Origin: a virus
Strand: one strand, 5' to 3'
DNA length: 64,000 bases
IMG/VR virus record: IMGVR_UViG_3300035034_003571
Span: 1-64,000 of that record
A model generated the notes under the pieces. That model searched no databases and had not been told where the DNA came from. It saw only the letters and a program-made list of their open reading frames with translations. The translations under genes were made by a program, and so were the position numbers. Positions 28,081 through 37,097 of the stretch are shown piece after piece. Numbering within the stretch: position 1 is the stretch's first letter; each line of letters opens with the position of its first letter.

Positions 28081-30696
28081 CTATCTTGCTAATAATATAA
28101 GGTTTTCGTGAGATCCTTGTTGGATATTCCATTCCTCACCTAGATAAGAAATAGCTATAGACTTCATATATTCTATATAATCGCCGTCGAAATCAAGATT
28201 GTCTTGAAGCTCGTCATATATTCTGGTTACCTTAGGTTCATCTTCCAAGTGATCTAATATACATTTAGAAATACTGTGGTATATTCTAGAAACCTCAGAT
28301 TCAGTTACTTCAATCTTATTCTTATTTAATAAAGGAGGCTCACCGGTTCCCCTAGAAAGGTCTTGCATTTTTTCTAAGGACATTTCATTCATTCCCATAA
28401 CAAAGTAAGAATTTTTAGGGCCCTCTATAGCTTCATACTCAGAATAGTTACCTATCTGAAGGTGAATTCCGAGTTCGCCGTCTTCTTTTTCGTCTCTATC
28501 TATTATAAAAAAATAATGTACCCGATCATCGTCTTTAATTTTAAAAAATGGGCTGGTACCAAATCCACTAGCCTCTTCTAGGTTATGATCCTTAAAGCTA
28601 ATAGTGTTTCTATTTTTCTTGAACGTATTAAAATCTGATACTATTTTTCCCATTTTATTAATTTGCTTTTTGCTTTCCTCTTTAGATATAGGCTTTCCTA
28701 AAAAGGAAGCTAGATCTTGCATTTGTTCTATTGTTTCGTTAAGAAGCAATGTTGGATCTATATTATTTTCTACTTCATTAACATTAACCTTAACCATTGG
28801 GGATAACATATTAAATAAGGAAGAGATTTCCGGAGTTACTAATTTTTTAAATCCGCTAAAATTGTCGTCAGCTAATTTAGTTCTAACTTCAGTCCCTGAA
28901 GTTTTTCTAGGGGTTTTGAATATTTTAAACTTTTCTCCTACTAATCCAGAAATGTCAGTATTTTTTAAATAATCAAGTTGCTTTTTATAATCTTCTTCCC
29001 GATCTTCTCCGCATCCAAGTAAATTTATTTTATATCCTTTAGAATCCAATTCTTCTATAACGCTTCCTAAAAACCCTCTATTGAATACAGAAAATTCCTT
29101 TATAGCATCATTCTCTCTTTTAACTGATTCCATGTATTTATTTACTGTATCAAGATCGAATGGAGATTTTCCAGATTTATTATGTCCTGGATGTACTACA
29201 GCTACATAAGTATCCAATTCATTTTCCTCTTTCATAGCTTTAGCCATTTCCAGATGTCCTTTATGGAATGGTTGCATTCTTCCTATGATTAAGTTTATTC
29301 CATTTTTAGATTTGGTTTGCTCTTTATAACTTTCGTCCTGGTCTTCTATGGTTTCTATTGCGTCCCTAAATTCATTAAAGGAATAAAATATCCCATCATT
29401 ATCTAGTTCGTCTTCATCTTCATCTTCTTCAGTTACATATTCAACTTTATTATCAAGAAAATTACTTTGGAACGTAGAAAAGGAAGGGATTTCAGATTCT
29501 TTTACACCTTCGGGTTTTTCCTTTTTCTCTATATAGGAATTTATTTTATTTACTACCCCGTTAAAGTGCTCTACAACTTCCTTTGTAATTATTCCACCTG
29601 CTCTTTTTCTTATCTTTCTAAAGGAATTAAGCATTAATTTAAATAAAGACTCGTAAGAATCGTCTTTTTTAATTAGTTCTTCTACCCTTTCATCTTTTAA
29701 GCTATCTCTATTTAATCTAAATTCTTCCCTTTTTAAATAATCGGGTTCTTGAAAATCTATATCTTTATATTTTTCACCATATTCAGAAAGAAATTCAACG
29801 AAAACATCTGACATAAAAGAAACATACCTTTCGTCCTCTTTATTTCCCTCTAATTTAAATGATCTGATTCCTCTTTCCAATAGGAAATTCATAACATCCA
29901 TCAAAGCTATCCCTAAATAATCACTAGGTTTTTTCCTAATATTATCTTTAGATTTCTGTTTAGCAACCGCAGTAAAAACAGGATCAACCATTTTAGCTAA
30001 AACCGGTTCTTCGTTATCTTCTAATTCACCAAATCTAAAAACTATACCCTCTATAGCTTTATCTATATTATCATTCAAAGCGGTTTTATCCAATTCTGGG
30101 TTTAATACCCCAAGTATGAAAGAAACGAAGCTATCGGTCTTAAATTTTTCAACCAATCTAGAAAAAGGAGTTTCTAAAAATTCTAATATTCTATTTTTTT
30201 GTGTATCGTTAAGTTTACCCTGAAATATTATCGGAGGCCTTTCAACACCTAGTAAATCCGCAAAGTTATCAAGTTCACCTTTATCTTGTATGGTTTTTTC
30301 TACTTTACCTAAATCATTTTTTACATGTACGTAAGAAAGAATGAGATTATTTTTAGGTAATCTATCATAAGAAATCTCGACTGGTTTTAAATTAGAAAAG
30401 TATTCTAGCCCAAATCTCCATCCTCTAGGGATTTTTTCTATTATACGAGGAGATAAAGATTCTAAATAATTTATAGGCTTTTCGTAATATTTGGAAATAG
30501 TACGATCTACCATAGTTATAGGACTTTTCTGATTCTTCTTATAATATTTAAATTTCCCAGAATCCCTATCCCGCTCGAAATTAAATGAAGATCCGTCCAT
30601 TTTTTCATTAACAGTAACAAAAGAATCGAAAAGTTTCTCTACGAAATTTTTACCCTTTTTGTTGTAAATATCATATAAATGATTTATTCCCGCCAT
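28081..30696 (-). CDS. Multidomain protein: RNA-ligase-like nucleotidyltransferase, HIGH-motif cytidylyl/adenylyltransferase, unknown C-terminal domain
   Basis: NEKMDGSS (motif I), FGLEY, EGIVFR (IV), LAKMV (V); GRMQPFHKGH, CGEDR, TSGTEVR. Confidence 0.72.
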   Translation of the reverse strand: MAGINHLYDIYNKKGKNFVEKLFDSFVTVNEKMDGSSFNFERDRDSGKFKYYKKNQKSPITMVDRTISKYYEKPINYLESLSPRIIEKIPRGWRFGLEYFSNLKPVEISYDRLPKNNLILSYVHVKNDLGKVEKTIQDKGELDNFADLLGVERPPIIFQGKLNDTQKNRILEFLETPFSRLVEKFKTDSFVSFILGVLNPELDKTALNDNIDKAIEGIVFRFGELEDNEEPVLAKMVDPVFTAVAKQKSKDNIRKKPSDYLGIALMDVMNFLLERGIRSFKLEGNKEDERYVSFMSDVFVEFLSEYGEKYKDIDFQEPDYLKREEFRLNRDSLKDERVEELIKKDDSYESLFKLMLNSFRKIRKRAGGIITKEVVEHFNGVVNKINSYIEKKEKPEGVKESEIPSFSTFQSNFLDNKVEYVTEEDEDEDELDNDGIFYSFNEFRDAIETIEDQDESYKEQTKSKNGINLIIGRMQPFHKGHLEMAKAMKEENELDTYVAVVHPGHNKSGKSPFDLDTVNKYMESVKRENDAIKEFSVFNRGFLGSVIEELDSKGYKINLLGCGEDREEDYKKQLDYLKNTDISGLVGEKFKIFKTPRKTSGTEVRTKLADDNFSGFKKLVTPEISSLFNMLSPMVKVNVNEVENNIDPTLLLNETIEQMQDLASFLGKPISKEESKKQINKMGKIVSDFNTFKKNRNTISFKDHNLEEASGFGTSPFFKIKDDDRVHYFFIIDRDEKEDGELGIHLQIGNYSEYEAIEGPKNSYFVMGMNEMSLEKMQDLSRGTGEPPLLNKNKIEVTESEVSRIYHSISKCILDHLEDEPKVTRIYDELQDNLDFDGDYIEYMKSIAISYLGEEWNIQQGSHENLILLAR

Positions 30697-30713
30697 TAAG
30701 CTAGTTTTATAGT

Positions 30714-31214
30714 TTATATCGAACGAGTGTCCGAGTATTTTTTTAATATTCCTTTAGCATACTCAGACCACATTTTTTCATCCGCAGTTGCATTTTTATC
30801 TAATCTATCAAAATTATAATGATCGCCAAACCTTTTCTTTCCCTTAGTTTTAAATTCATTATAGACTTTTTCTATTTCAGAATCTTGATATGATTTATTA
30901 TTAGCTAGGTTTTCTTTTGCCCATCTATCTATATTCTTTCTCTTATTTCGATGATAGTAATTATAATCTCTTCTATCCTCTACCCAATCCATACCAAAGT
31001 CACGAGAAATACTTTTTCCAACCTTAGCTATAGATTTTAAAATATTACCCAAAAAAGCTATAGTAGCATCTTCAGTAGAATCGTCTCCAGTTCTAGAAAA
31101 TTGTATCCTATCTCCTCCTCTATCAATATTCTGGAGAAATGACTGGAAAGTACTTGGTTTATTACTTTCGTTTATATAATGAGAATGCTCATTAAAATCT
31201 CTCAAATTTTCCAT
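30714..31214 (-). CDS. Hypothetical protein with capsid-targeting-like N-terminus
   Basis: MENLRDFNEHSHYINE; GATATATA at 31236-31243. Confidence 0.65.
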   Translation of the reverse strand: MENLRDFNEHSHYINESNKPSTFQSFLQNIDRGGDRIQFSRTGDDSTEDATIAFLGNILKSIAKVGKSISRDFGMDWVEDRRDYNYYHRNKRKNIDRWAKENLANNKSYQDSEIEKVYNEFKTKGKKRFGDHYNFDRLDKNATADEKMWSEYAKGILKKYSDTRSI

Positions 31215-31256
31215 CTATTCAATTCTAATTTTATGTATATATCAAAAAAATGATAA

Positions 31257-32195
31257 CTATAGTTTTACTTTATAAATTTTATAGTCAAACATCTCCTTTT
31301 TATAGATATCTATTCTCGCTTTACTGTGCTTCATTAGATAGTTTTCAAATTTCCTAGTGCTAAAATCGTCAACAAAATCTATTACATTAACAAATTCCTT
31401 ACCCTCCATCTTCCGCATTCCCCTACCTAAACTTTGCTTTATGAGTACCTCACTTTTATATGATTCAACCAAATAAATATTATGTATATTGTTAATAGAA
31501 ATTCCTGTAGAAAATGTACCATATGTAGCAACTAAAACTTTATTGCTACCCGTTCCCATTCTATTTTTATACTCTTCCCTTAAATTTTCACTAGTTTCTC
31601 CTTCTACGTAAAATGCTTCTTTTTCAGCATTTTTTTCTCTTAATAAATTCCATATTTGTTTTCCATATTCATCTTTAACTGACTGGAAAAGCACTAGTGA
31701 ATTTTTAGTAGATCTAGATATCATATCCACGATATAATTCAACCTTTCTCTACTTTGAATAACTAATTTTCTTTCAATGTTATAAAGATCGTTACCTTCT
31801 AAATCATTAGAACCATTTTTTAGATCGGCTAGTTTTTCTTTATATTCTTTACTAAGCCAATCCATCTGGACAATCTTAATATTAACCGGAGTAGCATGAT
31901 TTTGTTCAAAAAGGAATTTTGGAGAGATTTCAACTATTAAAGGTCCCAAAAATTGTTGGATAGTTAAATGGTCAGCAGAATCTCTTTTTGTTAGGGTTCC
32001 AGTTAATCCGAACCTCCATTCAGAGTGCATGCACTTGGATATAATTTTTTTGATAGACATCGAATTGGTCTGATGACAATTACTAACCAACACTTCATTA
32101 GCTATATAATTATGATTTTTATTATCTGGCGATTTTATTCTTAGATTATAAACATCTCCCGAATAGTCAATTTTTTTAATGCTTTTAATTTTCAT
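31257..32195 (-). CDS. uvsW: UvsW-like SF2 helicase, C-terminal part, preceded by a 39-aa C-intein
   Basis: IntC ...VYNLRI....NHNYIANEVLVSN followed by CHQ; RFGLTGT, ATYGTFSTGISI, QSLGRGMR. Confidence 0.92.
   Translation of the reverse strand: MKIKSIKKIDYSGDVYNLRIKSPDNKNHNYIANEVLVSNCHQTNSMSIKKIISKCMHSEWRFGLTGTLTKRDSADHLTIQQFLGPLIVEISPKFLFEQNHATPVNIKIVQMDWLSKEYKEKLADLKNGSNDLEGNDLYNIERKLVIQSRERLNYIVDMISRSTKNSLVLFQSVKDEYGKQIWNLLREKNAEKEAFYVEGETSENLREEYKNRMGTGSNKVLVATYGTFSTGISINNIHNIYLVESYKSEVLIKQSLGRGMRKMEGKEFVNVIDFVDDFSTRKFENYLMKHSKARIDIYKKEMFDYKIYKVKL
32079..32195 (-). mobile_element. Split intein C-fragment (UvsW)
   Basis: Blocks F/G ending VSN/C (non-His penultimate residue). Confidence 0.88.
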
Positions 32196-33004
32196 CTATT
32201 TATAGATTTTTCGATTAACTGGGAAATTCTAATTTCTTCGGGTTGGTATATTAAATTTTTACGATCGTAATTTTCAATCATCCATTCTTCTGTAATATAA
32301 ATATATTCGAATCCATTTTCTTTACACCAGACAATAGCCGCACTTTCTTTATCCTTATTATCCTTAATTTTTATATTTGGTTTAATCTCATATAATATTG
32401 AATTTTTAAGATCTGAAAAGTCAACTATATAATTTCTATTTTTTTCTTTAATTGAATCATAGTATTTAATTCTTATATTTTCATAGCATAAACCCGGATT
32501 CATTATATAAAAATATGCCTCCCAAGAAGATCTGACCTTTATTATTTTTGAGTTTATAATTACGTTTATTCTGCTATGACACCAAGAATTCGTTACCGCA
32601 GGAGTAAAAATCCCCCTTTCTATCTTATTTTTAACTATGAAAGAAAGTTTTTCTTTCATACTATTTTTAGTTTCTTTTGTCATCCGATGGGAAGTATTAT
32701 TCTCTCTCTGTTTCTGCGAAAAGTCTTTATCTGCACATTCTCTTGAACAAAATGGGTTTAATTTCCACCTGGATCCGTTTTTATTCTTTTTATCTTTTTT
32801 GCACCCATTCCTTTTACATATTCCAGTATCCTCGTCGATATACAAAAGAATTTTATAAATAGTATCTATTTTATCGGGAATTATAAAATTCCCTAATAAT
32901 TTTAAATTTAATATTACTCTTTTGTCAAGATCAGGTTCTCTATTAATATTAGTTTGAATTAATTTATGTGGATTTTCTCTTATATATTTTCTTAATCTTC
33001 TCAA
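32192..33004 (-). CDS. Free-standing TnsA-like PD-(D/E)XK endonuclease inside the fractured uvsW gene
   Basis: FCSREC Zn motif; RSSWE...YE..RIKY...RNYIVDF...YEIKP...K..AA..WC..NGFEY..ITE. Confidence 0.78.
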   Translation of the reverse strand: MRRLRKYIRENPHKLIQTNINREPDLDKRVILNLKLLGNFIIPDKIDTIYKILLYIDEDTGICKRNGCKKDKKNKNGSRWKLNPFCSRECADKDFSQKQRENNTSHRMTKETKNSMKEKLSFIVKNKIERGIFTPAVTNSWCHSRINVIINSKIIKVRSSWEAYFYIMNPGLCYENIRIKYYDSIKEKNRNYIVDFSDLKNSILYEIKPNIKIKDNKDKESAAIVWCKENGFEYIYITEEWMIENYDRKNLIYQPEEIRISQLIEKSINR

Positions 33005-33052
33005 TTGTATGATGGGGTTTATTTATATATCCCAAAGCTCATCAGACAAATT
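33003..33052 (-). promoter_or_regulatory. Imperfect start-sequestering hairpin with GATATATA (33024-33031) in its loop
   Basis: mRNA AAUUUGUCUGAUGAG pairs imperfectly with CCCAUCAUACAAUU(G); the motif overlaps the last codons and stop of uvsW-N. Confidence 0.6.
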
Positions 33053-34018
33053 CAAATCCTCCACTTTTTTCCAATCTCCGTTAATTAACTTAACTTTATG
33101 ATTCCCGGTAAGTTTAAGAACTTTTCCACCTTTAGTTTCTATTTCATATATTTGATGTCCTTTATTTAAATTTTTATAAATATATTCAACCTCACGAATT
33201 TCTTTTTCTCCTGTATCCTCATTGATAGTATATACCATCTGCCCTTCATTCACATATTGGATATCTTGAGACTTCCCGTTAGCTAGCAAAACTTTAGAGG
33301 TAGGATGTAAACACTCATCAACAAAAACCGCATCCACATCAGTAAAAAAGGATTCGTCCTTTTTTACTAAGGACTGAAATGTACCCATTATTATATCACA
33401 TCCTTCTCTTAACTTACTTCCTCCTCCAATTTGCTGTATTTTAGATCCCTTTAAATCGGATAATCCATAATCATCAAAATCATCAGATCCCTGAAAAACT
33501 AAATTAGTATTAGGTACTATTACCATAAACTTTTTAATTAGTTTATGAGACTTTAAATAAGCAAATATCATGAAAGAAATTAAGGTCTTTCCCGATGATG
33601 TTGCTATTTCGGATACTGAATATTTATATTTAATTATCTTCCATGCAGCATGTACTTGATAGTCTCTTGGGATTATTTCTTTACCTTCAAAAAATTCATC
33701 TACCCATTCCTGAAAATCCTCTAATGTTAGATCCTTTACAAAAAGATCCTCTAATCCTTCTATCTGAATATCTATATCGTATTGCTCTCCTATATCATAA
33801 ACTTCTTTCCAAAGTCCAATAGAAACCTTCCAAAATCCCCCTTTCTTATCAACGAAGCAAATATTACCATCCCAGATTTTCTTTTTAACTAATGGATGAA
33901 AAAACCAGTTATTTATTTTTTTAGTCAAGGAAAGCTCCAGCTGCCTTTTTTCAAGCTCATCTTCCGCCGAAAGGAGTATTAACCATTTTTTATCTTCTGA
34001 TAGCTTGAACTTTAACAT
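33023..34018 (-). CDS. uvsW: UvsW-like helicase N-terminal part (235 aa) plus 96-aa N-intein
   Basis: WDGNI, PRDYQ, ATSSGKT, IVPNTNLVFQ, FVDE|CLHPTSKV, LTGNHKV, WKKVEDL. Confidence 0.92.
   Translation of the reverse strand: MLKFKLSEDKKWLILLSAEDELEKRQLELSLTKKINNWFFHPLVKKKIWDGNICFVDKKGGFWKVSIGLWKEVYDIGEQYDIDIQIEGLEDLFVKDLTLEDFQEWVDEFFEGKEIIPRDYQVHAAWKIIKYKYSVSEIATSSGKTLISFMIFAYLKSHKLIKKFMVIVPNTNLVFQGSDDFDDYGLSDLKGSKIQQIGGGSKLREGCDIIMGTFQSLVKKDESFFTDVDAVFVDECLHPTSKVLLANGKSQDIQYVNEGQMVYTINEDTGEKEIREVEYIYKNLNKGHQIYEIETKGGKVLKLTGNHKVKLINGDWKKVEDLNLSDELWDI
33026..33313 (-). mobile_element. Split intein N-fragment (UvsW)
   Basis: Cys1 at 33313-33311; TxxH block B. Confidence 0.88.
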
Positions 34019-34312
34019 TTATTTTCTTCCTAATAATTCATCATATAGATACTCAGCTTTGTCATATACGTAGTCTACATCATCTAAAACCAAAGAAAAA
34101 TCCTCGGCTTCCATTGTTCCTTGATTCCATGCAGACCAAGATCTAGTACAAAACATGGGATCTTCACCTATTATATTTCTAACTAACACCAAATATTCTT
34201 CTTGCTCCTTGTCGCTGAGATCCTTAAATTTTTTATGAAGATCCATAGATTTTAGATCTTTTAGTAAACCTTCTGTTTCGAGGTTTTCATTAAAGCTTTT
34301 TATATTTTCCAC
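34019..34312 (-). CDS. Hypothetical protein with capsid-targeting-like N-terminus
   Basis: MENIKSFNENLE; GATATATA at 34317-34324. Confidence 0.6.
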   Translation of the reverse strand: MENIKSFNENLETEGLLKDLKSMDLHKKFKDLSDKEQEEYLVLVRNIIGEDPMFCTRSWSAWNQGTMEAEDFSLVLDDVDYVYDKAEYLYDELLGRK

Positions 34313-34324
34313 TATCTATATATC

Positions 34325-34774
34325 CTATTTTATAGTACTAGCTCTTAAATATTCTTCTAGAGCTATTCGGCTCTTTATACCATAGAGCATATGATCAACA
34401 GTTTGTATAGTTTGATCTATAAATTTTCTATGGCTTTCTACTAAATCAACTTTTTCACTTAAATGAGAAATGTCACCTTCTATTAAAACCTTTTTTTCGT
34501 TAGCTTGGTATCTAACGTCGTTATTTTCAGAATAATGTCTAAGTAGTCTAGTATTTTCGCTTCTTATTTTCGTATTTAGCTTAGTAACAATGGAGGCTAG
34601 TTTATAACTATACTCAAGTAAAACTTGCCTTTGGGTAAATAAATCAACCTGTGCTTTTGCGACTGTATTAATAGCTCTAATATTTTCCGCTAACGATCGT
34701 ATTTTTTCTTTCCATTCTTCTCTCTCCTTTACAAAAAGCTCCTGGTAGTCTAATTTAGTTTCATCCTTTTCCAT
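34325..34774 (-). CDS. uvsY: UvsY-like recombination mediator
   Basis: 149-aa helical protein; LRHYS...EKKVLIEGD...YGIKSRI pattern; next to uvsW. Confidence 0.65.
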   Translation of the reverse strand: MEKDETKLDYQELFVKEREEWKEKIRSLAENIRAINTVAKAQVDLFTQRQVLLEYSYKLASIVTKLNTKIRSENTRLLRHYSENNDVRYQANEKKVLIEGDISHLSEKVDLVESHRKFIDQTIQTVDHMLYGIKSRIALEEYLRASTIK

Positions 34775-34776
34775 AT

Positions 34777-35007
34777 TTAAAATAATCCTTTATTCACTTT
34801 TTTATTCTTCTTAATGTCTACTACTTTAGTTACGGTTTTGCATTTATTTTTTGGCATTTTTATTTCCATTTCAAGCATATTATCAAGATCTACTGATTCC
34901 AAACTATTCACAAGCTTTATTGGGTATTTCAGCTTGGGTTCACTATCTTTATCTATAGAAGACTCCCACGATTCGGTTTCGTCTTTATTTAGTGAAATAT
35001 CAGGCAT
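34777..35007 (-). CDS. Hypothetical protein
   Basis: Overlaps the primase stop; packed operon. Confidence 0.55.
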   Translation of the reverse strand: MPDISLNKDETESWESSIDKDSEPKLKYPIKLVNSLESVDLDNMLEMEIKMPKNKCKTVTKVVDIKKNKKVNKGLF

Positions 35008-36064
35008 TTATAAAATATCTTAGGTCTAATTTATCTTCAGTAAAATATTCATCCAATCTTTTTATTTTCTTACCAGTTCTTCTTAGGTTATTAACAAGCT
35101 CGTTTAAGTCCCATTTTTTTCTGGTATCCATATTATGATCATCTAGAAATTTAGCCCAATTGAATACACTAAATCCTTTAGATAACCTTTCCACAGATTT
35201 TTCTTTTCCTGCCTTATCCCAATCGTCCCAATATCTTAACCCATCTAATTCAAAAGGAAATTTATTCTCTATTGAACATAAAGCAACTGAATTATACCAA
35301 AGCCAAGAATCCATAGGTCCTTCAAAAATTGTTATGGTTTGATCAAAATTTATCATACCCACATTAAATACATGAGATATAGGATCAACTTTTTTACACT
35401 CTTCTATAAAATCTTGATCCTTACTTTTTAGAAGCTTCTGCCAGATCCCACTAAGTTTATAAGTATAATACTTAGCCCCACCTTTTTTAGAGCTCATATT
35501 TCTTACCTGTAATCCAAGAATTTTATTATTTTTTGTTAAGTTAAATAGATAAAGATTTTCTTTCTTTGGGTCCCAAGCGAATTTATTATCCGGTTTTTGG
35601 TTTCTTCTTTTTATATAGGATAGTATCTTAGAATTTCCAACATCTACCAAATTTAAAGAGTCCATAAAAAACTTCCTATCTATCAGATATTTTTCTATGT
35701 CAGTATCAAAAAATAAAGAAATGTCTATGTCTCCGTAATATGACCTTCTTTTTTCTTTGGTTTCTCTTATTACGTTTCTTAGATTGGTTTTTTCTGATGG
35801 AGTTAATCTACCATAAACCCCAAAATCTTTATAGAAATTTTCACCGTCCCTATATACCCCACATCCTCCGTTATAGCACTTATAAGCGCTAGTGTCTAAA
35901 TAGAAATTTCCTCTCTTTTTATGGGTATTATCACTATCCCCGCAATAAGGACAGGAAAAATTTAATCTATTTCCCGCGGGATAAACTATTTGTTTTCCTG
36001 GGTCTGCCGGGAATTCTTTACGTAAAAGATCTTCAATAAGACCCTTTTGCTTAGATGGCTCCAT
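35000..36064 (-). CDS. DNA primase (T4 gp61-like)
   Basis: NFSCPYCGDS...KKRG...YKCYNGGC Zn finger; TOPRIM IFEGPMDS, DDWDKAG, KWDLNE. Confidence 0.9.
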   Translation of the reverse strand: MEPSKQKGLIEDLLRKEFPADPGKQIVYPAGNRLNFSCPYCGDSDNTHKKRGNFYLDTSAYKCYNGGCGVYRDGENFYKDFGVYGRLTPSEKTNLRNVIRETKEKRRSYYGDIDISLFFDTDIEKYLIDRKFFMDSLNLVDVGNSKILSYIKRRNQKPDNKFAWDPKKENLYLFNLTKNNKILGLQVRNMSSKKGGAKYYTYKLSGIWQKLLKSKDQDFIEECKKVDPISHVFNVGMINFDQTITIFEGPMDSWLWYNSVALCSIENKFPFELDGLRYWDDWDKAGKEKSVERLSKGFSVFNWAKFLDDHNMDTRKKWDLNELVNNLRRTGKKIKRLDEYFTEDKLDLRYFINA

Positions 36065-36081
36065 TAAAAATATTTTGGATT

Positions 36082-36113
36082 AAAAAGGGCTTCCCTTTTG
36101 AGGAAGCCCTTTA
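36082..36113 (-). terminator. Rho-independent terminator after the SSB gene
   Basis: AAAGGGCTTCC/GGAAGCCCTTT stem with U tract. Confidence 0.85.
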
Positions 36114-36128
36114 TTTAATTTGAACCTA

Positions 36129-37097
36129 TTAAAGATCCTTATATAAATCATCCAAAGATGATGCTGTTTCTGCTGTAGCTGGAGCACTTACAGGCGTTGC
36201 TGCAGGTGCCGAGTTTCCAACATTTGTAGAAGAAGCTTCCTTATAAAAGTTGTCCTCTCTAACGTCCGTTGCAGGTGGACTTTGAGCTGGTGGTGCTGAA
36301 GGTGGCGAAGCTTTTGCTCCTCCTATTACCTCATTTACTACTCTAGCGTCAGGAACTGTGTTTTTAATTATTTCCATAACCTTATTAGTAGTTTCTGTGT
36401 CCCAGTCTTGGTATGCGAAAGATGAAAGGTTTTGTGGCCCTGTTTTTAGATAATCAATAATAGTTGCCATATCCTCCTGATTCTTTTGCATTGGTCTTCC
36501 CTCGATTTCTATCGGAGCTCTATCTCCAACGAATGAACATTGGTCATAGTTATTCCATTCTCCAACTTTTCTAACCGAAAGAGAAAATACCTTACCATTA
36601 AATAAATCAAATGGGTTAACAGGATCTCCATAGCTAGGTTTTAGCTGAGCCTCCAACTTTTCATTAAGTTTTTTACCATATTTAAAGATTACTATTTTAC
36701 CTTCAAGTTCAGGATTGTTAGAATCTTTTATTACCTGGATTAGGGAATAGTAGTCTTCCTTCCTAGAAAAGTTTTTAGCTAAATCTTGGTCTGCAGCTGA
36801 GTTGGAATTTTTAAGTTTCCAAAACATATCCTTTAAAATGGATTTTTTACCTACTGTTGATGGACAATCTACAGGAAGCCCGTTTCCTGTTGTTGGATCT
36901 GTCAAATAGACATAATATTTATGTATTTTTGATAATTCCGGATCTGCCTGGTTAGGTAGAAATCTTACTAAAGAAGAATATACTCCGTCTTTACCGTTTT
37001 CTGGATATGGCTTATAAAAGCCTGAATCTTTACCGCTTTCTGGTTTTTTGTCGACGAACATTTCTCCGTCGAGATTAAAAATGTCTAATTCACTCAT
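36129..37097 (-). CDS. Single-stranded DNA-binding protein (T4 gp32-like)
   Basis: VRFLP, CPSTVG, PELEGKIVIFKYGKK, NPFDLFNG..F.L, NYDQCSF; acidic tail LDDLYKDL. Confidence 0.9.
   Translation of the reverse strand: MSELDIFNLDGEMFVDKKPESGKDSGFYKPYPENGKDGVYSSLVRFLPNQADPELSKIHKYYVYLTDPTTGNGLPVDCPSTVGKKSILKDMFWKLKNSNSAADQDLAKNFSRKEDYYSLIQVIKDSNNPELEGKIVIFKYGKKLNEKLEAQLKPSYGDPVNPFDLFNGKVFSLSVRKVGEWNNYDQCSFVGDRAPIEIEGRPMQKNQEDMATIIDYLKTGPQNLSSFAYQDWDTETTNKVMEIIKNTVPDARVVNEVIGGAKASPPSAPPAQSPPATDVREDNFYKEASSTNVGNSAPAATPVSAPATAETASSLDDLYKDL

Noticed and set aside
5908-34018. Fragmented topo/nrdJ/uvsW as pseudogenes, frameshifts or group I intron interruptions
   Set aside because: Every break is bounded by intact intein blocks A/B and F/G with correct nucleophiles, and there is no non-coding space for an intron core.
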